Shown: piece after piece, positions 9,349 to 20,239 of the stretch
Position numbering within the stretch: position 1 is the first letter of the stretch
How the letters are laid out: the number at the start of each line of letters is the position of its first letter
From: Alphaproteobacteria bacterium
GTDB lineage: Bacteria > Pseudomonadota > Alphaproteobacteria > RF32 > CAG-239
Assembly: GCA_017471705.1 (NCBI GenBank)
Contig: JAFUSH010000012.1
Span: 1-57,156 of the forward strand
Reading direction: 5' to 3'
Length of the DNA stretch: 57,156 bases
Translations under genes and position numbers: made by a program
Notes under the pieces: model-generated
Seen by the model: the letters and a program-made list of their open reading frames with translations, nothing else
What the model was told of the DNA's origin: nothing
Databases searched by the model: none

Positions 9349-12300
9349 CTATAAGTCGTCGCCGTTGCCGAAGTTCTTATTATACCATTCTTTCATAGAA
9401 TTAGGGCTTAGTATGGATAATGAATTTATATCCACTTCCGGTTCATCAACCGAACCGTCTATTTTGTAATCAGCGGCAAAAATTGTGCCGTCTTTGCTGG
9501 CAAGCAAATTACCCACCACCGGTATCTTGCCGAGAAAGCGATTTAAACTGTATGCCGGTGCAATTACTCCGTAAAAACCTAAGTCATCAGAAGCCCTGTT
9601 ATACGTTCCGTTAACGGTGATTCCGACCACATTTCCCTCTGCTTTAGCGTGATTAAGTTTCAATGTTTTATATTGATATTCGAGCGGAGCATTAAAGTGA
9701 GTAAACGTTAACCCGTCACCTTTCAGCAAATCCAGCATACCGGTAAAAGAAGCAACCGATAAAAGTTTAGCCATAACCGGAGCATTTTGTATACTGAAAT
9801 CGCGCACGGTTGCGTGTCCTATAAATTTTTTATCCTGCAACCTTCGCGCCTCAATTTTCAAGGTTCCCCCCACCATATTATCATACAAACGCAACACCTT
9901 TAGGGTACTGCCGGCGTTATTACTGTTTATTGAAAGGTAATGCTCTTTATTCCCGCGCGGAATATAACTTAAATTAAGTTTAATTGATTTATCAATACCA
10001 TAATTACCGACTATATTTACTTCATCTATGCCGGTTCCTTTGCGCAGTTTTGCACTGCCTGCAAAGTTTTTAATCGGTGTACTGCTGTTGGTCCATAAGC
10101 TGTTAACCGTGATAAATATATCCGTATTATTAACCTTTTCCAAGCCGTCATCTTCATTTTCCGGTTTAACATCTATTTTATTATCGGTTTTTTGAGATTT
10201 GTTATCCGCCTTATCAAACAGTGGAGTTAAATCATAACTCATACCGGAAACTTCCACTTTAATATCAGGCTCCGCTTTATCATTCAAACTTATTTTTGCC
10301 CGTGCCGAGGTTTTCGGACCGTCTATTTTATTGATATCAACTGTTTTAACTCTTCCGCTCGGATACATAACAACATTTCCGCCGATGGAAAATCCCGCTT
10401 TGCTGAGATTTAACACGGATACGGAGGTGACCTTATCTTTGAGCATAGAAACTTTTGCTTTAAGAGTTGACGGTTGTCCGTATGCTTTTTCAAATCCCAA
10501 ATAAGAATAATCAAGCTTGGTATTTTTCAAATCGGCCATTAAATCAATATCTATCAAATTATCTTTTTTAACGGTAATATCAGCATTAATTGACATTGCG
10601 CCCTCTATATTCGGAGATGATATAAGAGCCCAATCCAATCCCAAAGTTTTTTTAGCTTGTTCGTTCAATAAAAACGAAATATTGCACTTACTTTTATAGG
10701 CTTTTTCGGCAAATTTCTCATTCATTTTAAGCTGCAAAGGAATGTCATCAAATTTTGCATCTCCGTCAATAGACCACCCTTTTGAATTAACTTTAAGCTT
10801 TATTCCGTCAGAAGACAATTTGTGTTCCGGTATCAATTTGGTAATTTCAACATTATGCAAATCCGCATCAACATTTACTTTTATATCTTTGCCTTCCAAA
10901 TCTTGCCTGAGTTCAAAATCAAGACCGAGTTTTACGTCGACATTTCCCTGAACATCTTGCGGATTTATTCCTATTTCCGAAGCAAAATTAAGCGGTTTAT
11001 GATCAATTAATTTCAAAGCATCTTTAACCGAAGAATTACCGATTAATTTGATGGATATAAAATTATCTTCCTTATTCAAATCGTATATATTGACATTACC
11101 GCCGGTAATCATAACCCCGTCGCTTATACCTTTATCTATGTCAATTGATATATTTTTCTGCGTAAAGTTTGCCGTTCCGTATACTTTATTTACATACGGC
11201 ATACCGTCTAAATAAAATATATCCCCGTCTTCCAAATACGCTTTCCCTTTAAGATTTTGCAATCCCCAAGTATCATCTTTACGATTATAACCGAAATCAA
11301 ATATAAATTCGCCGTTTTTGGCAATTCCTCCGGTCAGACCGTTTTTACACCATTCCCACCCCGGTTCCGCCAAATAGCGCGGCCAGAAACGTGATAATTC
11401 ACTTAAAGGGAACTCCGGTACATTCACCTTGAAACTAACCGCCAAATCTCTCAATGAATCGCTCAAATAAAAGGTTTCCAAACCGTTGGCATACAGGCTC
11501 AATTGCGCGTTCTGTCCGCCCATTTTCAATTCTGCCTTTTCTATTTTAACCTCATCAATTCCACCGGTAATAATTCCGGAAAGCTGCATTTCATCTATTT
11601 CATAGTTATATTTTTCGTTACCTTCAAAAGAGATATATCCCTGACCGCCGTCAAGTTCAAAATCTATACGTTCAATGGCATCACTCAAATAATCTTGCGC
11701 ATCTTCGGGATGATGGCGAATATCTTCTAATTTTATGACCGTATTCACCTTTCCGTTTGCCGGTACTTCAACCGACATCACCGATAGTAAATTTTCTTCG
11801 GTTGTTTCATTAAAGGTACTCAAAATATCGGACAATATCAAATCGGAAAAATAAACCTCCAAATCCAATTTATCATCGGAAGCGTGATATTCGCTTTCGA
11901 AACCCGCAGAAGCTATTTTATCATTAATATTTATCAAAGCGTTGGCATTAACATCCATATTTATAAAATTGCGGCTAAACTCAAAATTGACATCCGATAA
12001 CAGCCAAACACGTCCGAAGTCCAATTCGTTAAATTCCAACTCACCGTTTTTAATAGTGATATTATTGACATAACTCTCCGGATAAATTTTATCTTCCGAA
12101 TTATAGTGGTCTAAAAATTCGTTTATCCGTTCAACATAAAACTGTAATTTTTTCTTACCGCTTTCATTTATATTTTCTTCCTTAACTCCGTATGTGGTAG
12201 ATATATTGGCGCTAGGATTAATTAAATTTATATCGCTGGGAGCGATAATACCTTTCATCAACGCGCGTAAACTGAATGACATATACAATTTAGGAGCTTC

Positions 12301-12582
12301 AATATAGACCGAATCATCTTTTTTTCGTAAACTCACATCTTTCGCGGTAACTCGAAGCGGCTGAATAGAGCGAACAAATTCTATATTAACGTCCCCTATA
12401 CCCACCTGATAATCATTTTCATCGTAATTCAATGCTTGAATAATATATGGTTTTAAGTACGGGACGGAAATCGGACCTTTATACAAAGTCCACAAAAACA
12501 ACAGCAAAACCACAAATAAGCCGGCGATAAAACAATCGACAGTTTTTTTCAAAAAATAGGCTCTGGCTGATAGTTTTTTCAT
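9349..12582 (-). CDS. AsmA-like/YhdP-type intermembrane lipid bridge protein (DUF3971 + AsmA_2)
   Basis: N-terminal TM + GPISV; beta-rich body; SRFWP motif; C-terminal G-x-I-x-PAYSLNRFLGKIPVVG..GIFAADY..G..EPEV..N.LS.L.P. Confidence 0.85.
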   Translation of the reverse strand: MKKLSARAYFLKKTVDCFIAGLFVVLLLFLWTLYKGPISVPYLKPYIIQALNYDENDYQVGIGDVNIEFVRSIQPLRVTAKDVSLRKKDDSVYIEAPKLYMSFSLRALMKGIIAPSDINLINPSANISTTYGVKEENINESGKKKLQFYVERINEFLDHYNSEDKIYPESYVNNITIKNGELEFNELDFGRVWLLSDVNFEFSRNFINMDVNANALININDKIASAGFESEYHASDDKLDLEVYFSDLILSDILSTFNETTEENLLSVMSVEVPANGKVNTVIKLEDIRHHPEDAQDYLSDAIERIDFELDGGQGYISFEGNEKYNYEIDEMQLSGIITGGIDEVKIEKAELKMGGQNAQLSLYANGLETFYLSDSLRDLAVSFKVNVPEFPLSELSRFWPRYLAEPGWEWCKNGLTGGIAKNGEFIFDFGYNRKDDTWGLQNLKGKAYLEDGDIFYLDGMPYVNKVYGTANFTQKNISIDIDKGISDGVMITGGNVNIYDLNKEDNFISIKLIGNSSVKDALKLIDHKPLNFASEIGINPQDVQGNVDVKLGLDFELRQDLEGKDIKVNVDADLHNVEITKLIPEHKLSSDGIKLKVNSKGWSIDGDAKFDDIPLQLKMNEKFAEKAYKSKCNISFLLNEQAKKTLGLDWALISSPNIEGAMSINADITVKKDNLIDIDLMADLKNTKLDYSYLGFEKAYGQPSTLKAKVSMLKDKVTSVSVLNLSKAGFSIGGNVVMYPSGRVKTVDINKIDGPKTSARAKISLNDKAEPDIKVEVSGMSYDLTPLFDKADNKSQKTDNKIDVKPENEDDGLEKVNNTDIFITVNSLWTNSSTPIKNFAGSAKLRKGTGIDEVNIVGNYGIDKSIKLNLSYIPRGNKEHYLSINSNNAGSTLKVLRLYDNMVGGTLKIEARRLQDKKFIGHATVRDFSIQNAPVMAKLLSVASFTGMLDLLKGDGLTFTHFNAPLEYQYKTLKLNHAKAEGNVVGITVNGTYNRASDDLGFYGVIAPAYSLNRFLGKIPVVGNLLASKDGTIFAADYKIDGSVDEPEVDINSLSILSPNSMKEWYNKNFGNGDDL

Positions 12583-12597
12583 AACTTTTCGGCTCCT

Positions 12598-13720
12598 CTA
12601 TTTTCCGTTTTCCGTGGTATCGTTTTTAACCTTTTGCGCCAAAGAAGCCGATAAAAATAAATCTATCTCTCCATCCAATACAGCCTTACAGTCAGCCGTT
12701 TCGGTCTCTGTCCGCAAGTCTTTTACCAACCGATACGGCTGCAAAACATACGAGCGAATTTGATATCCCCAACCGTTATCTCCCTGATTATCGCGTGCAG
12801 TTTGCGCTGCATCGGCTTTCTTCTGCATTTCCATTTCATATAAACGGGCGCGCAGCATTTTCCAACAATTATCTCTGTTTTGAAATTGAGAGCGTTGCGT
12901 TTGACTTGATACGACAATACCGGTAGGGATATGCGTAATTCTGACTGCCGAATCCGTTTTATTAATATGCTGACCTCCGGCACCCGATGCCCTGTATGTA
13001 TCTATTCGACAATCGGCAGGGTTTATATCTATTTGCACATTATCGTCAATAACCGGATAAATTCCGATGGAAGCAAAACTCGTATGACGACGAGCCGCGC
13101 TGTCAAAAGGTGAAATTCTCACCAGTCTGTGCACTCCGCTTTCAGACTTAAGCCACCCGTATGCATTATGCCCGCATATTTTCACGGTTGCCGATTTTAT
13201 ACCGGCAACATCGCCTTCGGTTTCTTCTATTAATTCAACCTTGTATTTATGAATTTCGGCCCATCTGGTATACATACGAAGCAACATTTGCGCCCAATCC
13301 ATTGCTTCGGTACCGCCGCTGCCGGCGTGTACTTCCAAATACGTATCGTTGCCGTCGACTTCGCCGGAAAGCAACGATTCCAATTCAGCGTGTTTAACTT
13401 GGATTTGCAAACTCTCTAAATTCCGCAACAATTCATCTTGCATCGCCTCATCATTTTCCGCTTCGGCAAATTCCGCCATTTCCTTATATTCGGAAACGGT
13501 ATTTATAAAATCATCATATTGCGAAAGTTTGGCATCAAGAGTATTTTTCTCGCTCATCAATTTCTGAGCGCGTTCCTGATTGTCCCACAAATCGGGAGCA
13601 GATGTCAATGAATTTAATTCATCACGGCGCAGAACGGCATTGTCGTAGTCAAAGATACCTCCTGAGTAAATCAAGTGACTGCTCGATTTCAGTGAATATA
13701 TTATAAAAATCAGCACGCAT
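12598..13720 (-). CDS. prfB: Peptide chain release factor 2, translated via +1 programmed frameshift
   Basis: SPF and GGQ motifs; real start ATG 13720 (MRADFYNIFTEIEQSLDLLRRYL), then CTT-TGA-C shift into the long frame (DYDNAVLRR). Confidence 0.97.
13648..13663 (-). other. prfB +1 frameshift cassette
   Basis: Minus strand AGGAGG-TAT-CTT-TGA-C: internal SD, slippery Leu codon and weak UGA-C stop. Confidence 0.95.
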
Positions 13721-16143
13721 TAATATTCTCCCCCGATTTGCAAACTGCTGTCATCCTGTTCCGGTCCGGCCACCAAAGAATCACCGTCACCGATTACGCG
13801 TTGGCGATTATTGAAATCAAAGTCCGGCTTAAGAGCCTCGGTAATCACCACCGTATCTCCCGGAGCCGACGGTTTGCCGGTTTGCGGATTAACTCTGACT
13901 AATTTAATACCCGCCGGAATACGGAAACTGGTATCAGGCGTATTTTTCAGCGCTTCTTTCATAAAATCATAGAATATAGGCAATGCGGAAGCGGCACCGG
14001 TTTCATAACGCCCCAAACTTTCAGGTTCGTCAAATCCGACATAAACACCGGCAACCAAATCAGGTGAAAATCCGACAAACCACGCATCTTTGGTTTCATT
14101 GGTTGTTCCGGTTTTTCCGGCAAGATGGCGATGTAATTCATTCAGTTTAGCGCCGGTTCCTCTGGTTGCCACGCCTTCCAAGATTGAAGTCATCTGATAT
14201 GCGGAAAGCGGATCAACCACTTGTTCACGAACCACCTGAAAATCAGGTTCTTCCTGATTATCCCACTTATCAACAGCGCACTCCGGACAAGGTGTCTGTT
14301 CGTGTTTATAAATAGTTTTACCTTTGCGGTCTTGAATACGCTCAATCATATACGGCGGAACTCTTTTTCCTCCGTTCACAATTACACAATAGGCACTGAC
14401 CATATCAATCACTCTGGTATCGGCGGCACCCAATGAAGATGACAAATACGGCGGAAGATTATTATTAACCCCTACCCGCTTTGACATTTCAACTATTTTA
14501 TCCATACCGATATCCTGAGCCAAACGCACCGTCATTAAATTTTTTGACAGTTCGACTCCGCGGCGCAGTGTCATCAATCCGTAGAATTTTTTGGAATAAT
14601 TAACCGGTTTCCACTTCGGCATACCCTCACCTTGATCAAGCACAAAAGGAGCATCCAAAATCAAATCCGTCGGAGAATAACCTTGTTCAAGAGCTGTTAA
14701 ATATACAAACGGTTTAAAACTTGAACCGGTTTGACGATAAGCTTGTGTAGCACGATTAAACTGAGATTTGGCAAATGAGAAACCTCCGACCAAAGCCAAA
14801 ACCTTTCCGGTATGCGGATCCATCACCGCCATACCGGCTTCGGCCTGCGGAATTTGCTGCAGAGCAAATGTTTTTATTTTAGCTTTTTTATCACCGGTAA
14901 CATCTTGAACATAAATAACATCTCCTTTGTTCAACACCTGAGCAACAGATGTCGGTACAGGTCCCATATTTTTGCCTTTTTCGGCGTGTCTTGCCCATTT
15001 AAGCGAAGACAACGGTATAATTCCTTCATCACCTTTTTCGGTTTCAATTTTTGCCTTATCTTTATTAACTTCCGTTACTACCGCTTTCTGCCAATCAGCT
15101 TCGGCTCCCGATGTCAGTTTGGCATTTTTGAGATTTTCTTTATAGTTATCATCAATTTCGATTTGCACTTCCGCTCCGCGCCATCCGTGACGTTTATCAT
15201 AAGCTATTAATCCTTTACGCACGGCATTGGTTGCAATGGTTTGCAATCTCGGATCAATAGTGGTTCTCACAATCAATCCGCCCTGATATAAAGCCTCATC
15301 ACCAAAATTATTGCTGATGGTACGCCGAACTTCTTCGCTGTAATATTCGGTATCTTTCAAAAATCCGTTTTTGTGGTCAACTACTTCAATCGGTTTTTCC
15401 TTAGCTTTTTCAGCATCTTGTTTATCCACGTAACCATCTTCAACCATTCGGTCAATCACCCAATTACGGCGTGCCATTGCCGCATCGTATTTAGTTTTCG
15501 GATTGTAATTATTCGGTCCCTTCGGCAACGCTGCCAAAAAAGCTATTTCATCGAGAGTAAGTTCCTCCAAAGATTTATTAAAATAGTTCATTGCCGCCGC
15601 CGCAACACCGTAAGCGCGGTTACCTAAATAAATTTCGTTCAAATACAGTTCCAAAACGTGGTCTTTGGTAAAAGCCTTATTTATGCGCCGAGCCAAAATG
15701 GCTTCTTTTAATTTTCTGGTGTATGACACCTCCGAGCTGAGCAAAAAGTTTTTAGCAACCTGTTGGGTAATGGTGGAAGCTCCCGCCGGACGCCGTCCTT
15801 TACCCATATTACGAAGATTTCCCAAAGCTGCACGGATAATGCCCGTATAATCAATACCGGCGTGACGATAAAAATGTTTATCCTCCGCCGCAATAAAAGC
15901 ATTTTTCACCGCATCGGGAATTTTTTCAATAGGCACAAACAAGCGTTTTTCCGCCGCATACTCCATCATAACCTGTCCGTCACCGGCAAACAAGCGAGTA
16001 GTTACCGCCGGTTCGTAATTTGCCAATTGCCGATAGTCGGGAATTGTAATATTGATTCTGGACAAACCGTAAGTCGCAGCAACAATCAGTATGATTAAGC
16101 CGAACAGCGCCAGACTGGCCATATATGATAAAAAACGTAACAT
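13720..16143 (-). CDS. mrcA: Penicillin-binding protein 1A
   Basis: Transglycosylase EDKHFY/GASTITQQVAKN/RKLKE; transpeptidase SSFK, SKN and KTG motifs. Confidence 0.95.
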   Translation of the reverse strand: MLRFLSYMASLALFGLIILIVAATYGLSRINITIPDYRQLANYEPAVTTRLFAGDGQVMMEYAAEKRLFVPIEKIPDAVKNAFIAAEDKHFYRHAGIDYTGIIRAALGNLRNMGKGRRPAGASTITQQVAKNFLLSSEVSYTRKLKEAILARRINKAFTKDHVLELYLNEIYLGNRAYGVAAAAMNYFNKSLEELTLDEIAFLAALPKGPNNYNPKTKYDAAMARRNWVIDRMVEDGYVDKQDAEKAKEKPIEVVDHKNGFLKDTEYYSEEVRRTISNNFGDEALYQGGLIVRTTIDPRLQTIATNAVRKGLIAYDKRHGWRGAEVQIEIDDNYKENLKNAKLTSGAEADWQKAVVTEVNKDKAKIETEKGDEGIIPLSSLKWARHAEKGKNMGPVPTSVAQVLNKGDVIYVQDVTGDKKAKIKTFALQQIPQAEAGMAVMDPHTGKVLALVGGFSFAKSQFNRATQAYRQTGSSFKPFVYLTALEQGYSPTDLILDAPFVLDQGEGMPKWKPVNYSKKFYGLMTLRRGVELSKNLMTVRLAQDIGMDKIVEMSKRVGVNNNLPPYLSSSLGAADTRVIDMVSAYCVIVNGGKRVPPYMIERIQDRKGKTIYKHEQTPCPECAVDKWDNQEEPDFQVVREQVVDPLSAYQMTSILEGVATRGTGAKLNELHRHLAGKTGTTNETKDAWFVGFSPDLVAGVYVGFDEPESLGRYETGAASALPIFYDFMKEALKNTPDTSFRIPAGIKLVRVNPQTGKPSAPGDTVVITEALKPDFDFNNRQRVIGDGDSLVAGPEQDDSSLQIGGEY

Positions 16144-16216
16144 AAATTTCTCTTACAGTATCAATTCAATTTGATAAAAATGTATAACAAACCGTAAAAA
16201 ATGCAATAACATTTTA

Positions 16217-17443
16217 TCAATTAGATGCAATTTCAGGGTCCTTAAAATATTTATCCACGGCACGAGCCACGGATTCAGCCAATTTTCTGCGGTATGATGA
16301 TGTGCGCAAATTAGCCTCTTCAGTACGGTTTGAAAGATAACCCATTTCCAAAAGTGCAGCCGGAACATCCGGAGCTTTCAGCACCGCAAAACCCGCAAAC
16401 CTGTGAGTATTTTTCACCAATTTCACACTTTTGGACATTTCCTGAACCAAATAAGTGGCATATTTGGAAGACTTGTTACGGGTGTCTGTTTGTGATAAAG
16501 AAATCAAAATATCATTAACTTCTTTAGTATTTCCGCCTAAATCTATTCCGCCTATAATATCCGCTTTGTTTTCGCGTTCAGCCAAAGCTGCCGCTTCCTT
16601 ATCCGATGCCGTATCGGAAAGAGTATACACGGACAAACCGGTGGCATTGCGGTTTTGGGCACTGTCGGCGTGAATCGACATAAACAAATCCGCTTTGTAT
16701 TTTTGTGCTATTTTGATACGCTGACGGAGCGGAATAAAAATGTCGGTTTCTCTGGTCAAATACACAACATATCCTTTACTTTGCAGTAATTGCTTAAGTT
16801 CTTTACCCATTGCCAAAGTAATGTTTTTTTCATAAGTTTTGGCGTAAGCACCGATAGCTCCGGGGTCTTTTCCGCCGTGTCCCGGATCCAAAACTATAAT
16901 ACGTTTGCGATTGACTTTGGTATTCGGTTTAGGCTCATCCGAAGAACCGAAACTCCACCACGAACTTTCCTTTTCCTCTTCCGGTGTAAATTTGGTATTA
17001 TTGGTAACTACGTACTTATTGCCTATTTTGGATTTAAAAGCATTTTCGCCGGTCATCGACAAGTCTATCACCAATCGCCAACTCTGACCGCTTTGCGGGG
17101 GTATCAGAAAAGCCTTTTTAATGATTGCGGGACGGGACAAATCAAAAACCACACGCTTATCATTGCCGGACATTTTACCGACTCTGCTGTTTGATATAAT
17201 CTGATTGGATACTTTGGTTTTAAGAGCACCTATATCGGCGTCATCCAAATCAACCACAACTCTTTTCGGATTATCTAACAAAAAGACGCGGTAATCAATA
17301 CTTCGGTTCATATCAAAAACCACTCTTGCTCCGTCACTTTGATTTCCCACGCGCATATTCTGCACATTAACCGATGCAACCGATGCCGCACTGTAAAACA
17401 GTATACTGAATAAAACAAAACACCAACGTGTCAGAAATTTCAT
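16217..17443 (-). CDS. amiC: N-acetylmuramoyl-L-alanine amidase (AMIN + Amidase_3)
   Basis: Signal peptide, AMIN domain (RVVFD..PKRVVVDL), LDPGHGGKDPGA, SIHADS, LLEMGYLSN. Confidence 0.93.
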   Translation of the reverse strand: MKFLTRWCFVLFSILFYSAASVASVNVQNMRVGNQSDGARVVFDMNRSIDYRVFLLDNPKRVVVDLDDADIGALKTKVSNQIISNSRVGKMSGNDKRVVFDLSRPAIIKKAFLIPPQSGQSWRLVIDLSMTGENAFKSKIGNKYVVTNNTKFTPEEEKESSWWSFGSSDEPKPNTKVNRKRIIVLDPGHGGKDPGAIGAYAKTYEKNITLAMGKELKQLLQSKGYVVYLTRETDIFIPLRQRIKIAQKYKADLFMSIHADSAQNRNATGLSVYTLSDTASDKEAAALAERENKADIIGGIDLGGNTKEVNDILISLSQTDTRNKSSKYATYLVQEMSKSVKLVKNTHRFAGFAVLKAPDVPAALLEMGYLSNRTEEANLRTSSYRRKLAESVARAVDKYFKDPEIASN

Positions 17444-17627
17444 CTTACTATTCTTCCGTCCCTTAAAATCACATTATTTTTTCAAATTATACGGTTTACA
17501 TATTACCAATATGTTAAAATCTTATTTATTTTTTTTGCATTATGCGCAAATTTTTATTGTTTTTTTAATTTTATCATTTATGCTTATGGAGAATGTCGAT
17601 TGGATTTTATTTTTTTTATTGAGAGTT

Positions 17628-17656
17628 TTGCATAAAGGACAGATAAAAAATATAAT
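17628..17656 (+). promoter_or_regulatory. Sigma70-type promoter of rne
   Basis: TTGCAT-17 bp-TATAAT about 215 nt upstream of the rne start. Confidence 0.6.
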
Positions 17657-17682
17657 TCAATAGCAGAGACATATAAAAGTTT

Positions 17683-17853
17683 GAGGTTTGCAACAAGATG
17701 CCTCCGCCGTTTTTCAAACAACCAAGAAGAACAAAAGCAAAAACGGCCGAGTGTTACACGTGATATTAGTACGGCGTTTGCCGTAGCTTTGTGTTATGAA
17801 AATATTTTTCAAATTCTTCTGCAAAACCTCTGTAATCAGGCTCTGTGTGAGCC
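17683..17853 (+). promoter_or_regulatory. Structured rne 5' leader
   Basis: Stems 17683-92/17820-30, 17706-14/17739-47, 17770-75/17780-85 and 17839-43/17849-53. Confidence 0.6.
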
Positions 17854-17872
17854 GTATAATATGAGGTATATA

Positions 17873-20239
17873 ATGACAAAAAGAATGTTAATTGACGATA
17901 CTCAGCCGGAAGAAACCAGAGTTGTTATCGTCGACGGTAATAAAGTGGAAGACGTGGAATTCGAATCCTCTTCCCGTAAACAGATAAAAGGCAATATTTA
18001 CAGCGCCAAAGTTATTCGTATAGAACCTTCTCTACAAGCCGCCTTTATTGATTACGGCGGCAATAAACACGGTTTTTTGGCTTTTAACGAAATTCATCCG
18101 GATTATTACAATGTTTCCGATGAAGTAATGAAAGAAGTCGAAGCCGAAGTTGATGAGATTATAGAAGGCAAAATAAAATATTTAAAAGAACGTGAAGCCG
18201 AAAAAGCGCGTTATAAAGCCGAAAAAGAAGCCAAAGAAGCCAAAATCAGATTGGAAGCTGAACAGGCCAGAGAAGTGGAAGAAGCTCAATTGGAACCGGT
18301 GCAAAACGCTATTCCGGAAAGTAATGAATATCTGGAACAAACCATTTCGCGTGAACCGGAAAGCAACCAAACGGAAGAAAACACACCGACGGAAATAACC
18401 GTTAAAGAAGACAATTCCGAACAGGCAGAAATTTTTTCTTCGGTCGAAGATGCAGAAAATACTGAAGAAGCTGAGGTTTCTCAAAAAAGTTCCGAAAATG
18501 AGGACAATGATGAAACCACCGAGGAAGAATCGGAAAAAACCGCAGATGGTAAACAGCGCCGACACAGAAAATCAACCCGTCGCCCGCGTGACCGCAAAAA
18601 AACCGTAAAAACCGTTGCTGAATCTAGCGGTTTGAGCGATGATATGCTGGCTGATGAAGATGCCGATTTGGATGATGATGAAGATACCGATGATTTAGAC
18701 GGCGCCGACTTAAACGGATACAATTTTGATTTGCAACGCAAATTATTGATTTCTCGCAAATTATTCCACAGAAGCACCATTCAGGATGTTATCAGAGAAG
18801 GACAAACCCTTTTGGTACAGGTTGTGAAGGAAGAGCGCGGTAACAAAGGAGCCGCCTGCACAACTTATATTTCTCTTGCCGGAAGATATTGCGTTTTAAT
18901 GCCTAACCGCATTAAAAGCGGCGGAGTATCTCGCAAAATAGTAAACGCCAATGACAGAAAACGCTTGAAATCCGTAATCCGCGATTTACCGATAAATGAC
19001 GATATGTCACTGATTATCCGCACTGCCGGAGAAGATAAAACAAAGGCCGACATCGTAAGAGATTACAACTATTTGATTCGTACGTGGAATGCCATTCGTT
19101 ACGGCGCATTGAAAAATCCGGCGCCGGCAATCATCTATGAAGAAGGTAATTTAATCAAACGCGCATTGCGTGATATGTACACCAAAGATATTGACGAAGT
19201 CATTATTGACGGCGAAGAAGCATACCAGACCGCACGCAGTTTCGTTAAAATATTGTCACCTCATCACCTGAAAGACATTCATTGCCGCAAAGCCGGAGAA
19301 CCACCGGTATTTCAACGTTTCCAAATAGAAGCGCAGTTGGATAAATTGCATAATCCGATAGTTCAATTGGAATCCGGCGGGTATTTGGTAATCAATCCTA
19401 CCGAAGCGTTGGTTTCGATTGATGTAAACTCCGGACGGGCAACCAAAGAAAAGGATATTGAAGAAACTGCTCTGAAAACCAATCTGGAAGCAGCCGACGA
19501 AATTGCCAAACAATTGAAGATGCGTGACTTGGCCGGTTTGATTGTGGTTGACTTTATTGATATGTATGAACCGCAGAATAATACGGCGGTAGAAAAGCGT
19601 ATGAAAGAAGCTATGAAAGATGACCGCGCCCGTATCCAGATTGCCAAGATGAGTATTTTCGGTTTGTTGGAAATATCGCGTCAGCGTATGCATTCTTCTT
19701 TTCTGGAAAGCAATTATACAACTTGTCCTTATTGCCACGGACGCGGTGTTACCCGTACGGTGGAATCCGGCGCAACTTTAATCTTGCGCGCCATTGAAAG
19801 CGAAGGTGTACGCAATCGCCGAATCCGATTAATCGTGAACGTACCGGTTGATTATGCAGCATATCTGCTTAACAAAAAACGCCGTCAATTATCCGCCTTG
19901 GAATCTTCATATGAATTGGAAATAGTTATTTCCGGTGATTTAAATATGAAAGATATTGCCGATTATAAAATTTTGAGAGAGAAGCTTCAATATGTAACCG
20001 CTTCCTGCGATACGGCAACAACCTGTTACGAAGCTGACAACATCGAGTATAATGATAGCGAAGAAACAAACGAAGACAACTCTTCCGACGAAGAAAATCA
20101 TCGTTTCAGTTTTCGCCGCAACAATACACGCGGACGCAAATATCGCCGCGGAGATAAGCGCGGATATGACCGTTCAGCCGGTGAAAATGATAAATCCCAA
20201 CCGGAGAAAAAATCGTGGTGGAGCAAATTGTTCGGATAA
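17873..20239 (+). CDS. rne: Ribonuclease E
   Basis: Start ATG 17873 (MTKRMLIDD) after GAGG; S1 domain with large acidic insert, DVNSG, DFIDM, CPYC Zn-link, C-terminal SWW tail. Confidence 0.96.
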   Translation: MTKRMLIDDTQPEETRVVIVDGNKVEDVEFESSSRKQIKGNIYSAKVIRIEPSLQAAFIDYGGNKHGFLAFNEIHPDYYNVSDEVMKEVEAEVDEIIEGKIKYLKEREAEKARYKAEKEAKEAKIRLEAEQAREVEEAQLEPVQNAIPESNEYLEQTISREPESNQTEENTPTEITVKEDNSEQAEIFSSVEDAENTEEAEVSQKSSENEDNDETTEEESEKTADGKQRRHRKSTRRPRDRKKTVKTVAESSGLSDDMLADEDADLDDDEDTDDLDGADLNGYNFDLQRKLLISRKLFHRSTIQDVIREGQTLLVQVVKEERGNKGAACTTYISLAGRYCVLMPNRIKSGGVSRKIVNANDRKRLKSVIRDLPINDDMSLIIRTAGEDKTKADIVRDYNYLIRTWNAIRYGALKNPAPAIIYEEGNLIKRALRDMYTKDIDEVIIDGEEAYQTARSFVKILSPHHLKDIHCRKAGEPPVFQRFQIEAQLDKLHNPIVQLESGGYLVINPTEALVSIDVNSGRATKEKDIEETALKTNLEAADEIAKQLKMRDLAGLIVVDFIDMYEPQNNTAVEKRMKEAMKDDRARIQIAKMSIFGLLEISRQRMHSSFLESNYTTCPYCHGRGVTRTVESGATLILRAIESEGVRNRRIRLIVNVPVDYAAYLLNKKRRQLSALESSYELEIVISGDLNMKDIADYKILREKLQYVTASCDTATTCYEADNIEYNDSEETNEDNSSDEENHRFSFRRNNTRGRKYRRGDKRGYDRSAGENDKSQPEKKSWWSKLFG

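Noticed and set aside
12598-13716. prfB as a pseudogene, or with the ORF-track N-terminus MLIFIIYS
   Set aside because: Explained by the canonical programmed frameshift.
17681-17872. 64-aa N-terminal extension of RNase E in the ORF track
   Set aside because: The conserved start MTKRMLID has its own RBS; the upstream region behaves as a structured UTR.
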